From Deltaproteobacteria bacterium (GTDB taxonomy: Bacteria; UBA10199; SPLOWO2-01-44-7), in contig JAHFSU010000007.1 of the NCBI GenBank assembly GCA_023265595.1, forward strand, positions 1,440 through 65,439: a DNA stretch of 64,000 nt, in the 5' to 3' direction. This document shows, piece by piece, positions 62,771-64,000 of the stretch. Below the pieces are notes generated by a model, which saw only the letters and a list, made by a program, of their open reading frames with translations, was not told the DNA's origin and ran no database searches. The position numbers and the translations under genes were made by a program. How positions within the stretch are numbered: position 1 is the stretch's first letter; the number at the start of each line of letters is the position of its first letter.

Positions 62771-64000
62771 ATGCAATGGATTGTCATCTGTTTTTTCGTC
62801 TTATTGGCTGGGTGTGGTGGTGGAGGGGGTGGCTCAAACCCTGCTGTTGTAACGGCCAGCATAACTTATCCCAGCATCTCCGGCTCTTCTGCCAGTGTCT
62901 CGGTTGCCACTTCCAAAGCGTCAGTATCAACATCATCAACAGTTTCAGCCGCCACCAATGTCGCCACGGCCACCATTAATTCCTGCTCTTTAAGCGCCGC
63001 CGGCCTTGGTGGCACAACAACAGAGTCATTCACATTTAATTCCAGCGGCAATACGGTAAAAATAAATGCCCTCGCCGGCTTCGACAAAACTTTTTCTGCC
63101 ACTTGTAGTGACACCTCTGAAACAACAAGAGGGATCGATGTCGGTTATTTCGCCACTAAGACAATCGATTTTTTTAGGGACACGACGACTTCAATAACAG
63201 GCCAATATTTAAACCTCGCCTCTGACGCCAGCGACACCCTCTCATTTGCCAGAATCAATCAGGAAAACGGAACGCAAACCAAAATTACTTTGGGCTTTGG
63301 CTCCACACTCACCGCGGCTCAAAAAAATGCCCTCAGATGTATTTGGGAGTGGGATAATTCTGCAAACCGAACCAGTTTGGGAGTGATTGATGTGGCTAAT
63401 AGCAATGGTCTGACAACCGGAACAAAAAGCGGCCCTTATATTTTAATCACCGGCGGGACCGACAGACCCGATGCCTTCTTCTACAATTCCAGCGGGACTC
63501 AAACCATGAGGATGAATCCTTCTTGGAGCACCCACAGCGGTGGAACCACAGCCGTTATGACATTTGGCATCACGCAGATGAAAAATATTATCGACAGCAA
63601 TGAGGCGGGGCAATTTGCAGTCGCTTGCTCTCTCACAGGAACCACCCCTTACGATTTGGCCCCTGATTCCGGTTATGCCCAGTTCAATTTGAGCGGCAAC
63701 ACCAACACCAGCGATGTGGCCAGCCTCATCTCCAACGGTGCCTCCTGCAGCACCGCCAGAAACGGGGAAACATGCACCAGCGGATTTTGTGTCGGTAGCG
63801 GCATCTGTACCGCATTGACAGCGCAAAACATCAACAGCTCTAACGCCGTCGTCACCAATCTGGCCGGCCCTGCTGCCGGAACCACTACAGCGGGAAGCTC
63901 CAACGGCACAGGGAGTGCTGCCAGTTTTGATACACCGCTCGATAACTGTCTTACACCCGACGGAACCAAATTGTTTGTCATGGATAGAGCCAACAATGCC
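62771..64000 (+). CDS. surface lipoprotein with a C-terminal NHL-like repeat, 3-prime end outside the window
   Basis: MQWIVICFFVLLAGCGGGGGG lipobox. The frame stays open for 410 codons to the window edge. Ends ...FDTPLDNCLTPDGTKLFVMDRANNA. Absent from the ORF track because it has no stop. Confidence 0.7.
   Translation, partial: MQWIVICFFVLLAGCGGGGGGSNPAVVTASITYPSISGSSASVSVATSKASVSTSSTVSAATNVATATINSCSLSAAGLGGTTTESFTFNSSGNTVKINALAGFDKTFSATCSDTSETTRGIDVGYFATKTIDFFRDTTTSITGQYLNLASDASDTLSFARINQENGTQTKITLGFGSTLTAAQKNALRCIWEWDNSANRTSLGVIDVANSNGLTTGTKSGPYILITGGTDRPDAFFYNSSGTQTMRMNPSWSTHSGGTTAVMTFGITQMKNIIDSNEAGQFAVACSLTGTTPYDLAPDSGYAQFNLSGNTNTSDVASLISNGASCSTARNGETCTSGFCVGSGICTALTAQNINSSNAVVTNLAGPAAGTTTAGSSNGTGSAASFDTPLDNCLTPDGTKLFVMDRANNA

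Overview
This window is a 64-kb chromosomal segment from an uncultured diderm (Gram-negative-type) bacterium. The lineage cannot be fixed from sequence alone. TonB/TBDR, Tat, AmgK-MurU, perfect sigma54 promoters and a TIGR02147/DUF4423 paralog hint at a Bdellovibrio- or deltaproteobacteria-like organism. Most of the window is housekeeping: comF-gpmI-rsfS-obg-rpmA-rplU, rng, pyrE, rimO, ychF, lexA-dinB, amgK-murU, galU-asnS, a CDF transporter, msrAB, gst, serB, tatA, comEA, ispB, and a NitT/TauT-type ABC pair. A TonB-dependent receptor with a cluster of beta-propeller lipoproteins is also present. Three things stand out. (1) At least four families of short palindromic MITE/RPE-like elements are present. 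Several sit in frame inside genes (rimO, amgK, ABC permease, TonB, gpmI tail, DHOD-like head). One supplies the hydrophobic core of a lipoprotein signal peptide. A RAYT transposase flanked by REP/REPIN hairpins is also present. (2) Regulatory signals are readable: four exact sigma54 core promoters, a probably leaderless lexA promoter with a dyad in its spacer, and a 31-nt ECF-like promoter shared by two unrelated genes. (3) The most unusual region is 41.2-49.4 kb, next to tRNA-Asn. It is a mosaic of accessory genes: a hypoxanthine-DNA-glycosylase::GIY-YIG fusion, a PP-loop ATPase, a DUF4143 ATPase, an NTase-fold TA-like pair inside 31-bp inverted repeats, a collagen-like protein, an HNH enzyme and a GIY-YIG mini-gene. 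The blocks are separated by a private 43-nt hairpin family and by direct repeats that resemble the 3-prime end of the tRNA. No recombinase is visible. All functional calls rest on remembered family motifs. No searches were run.
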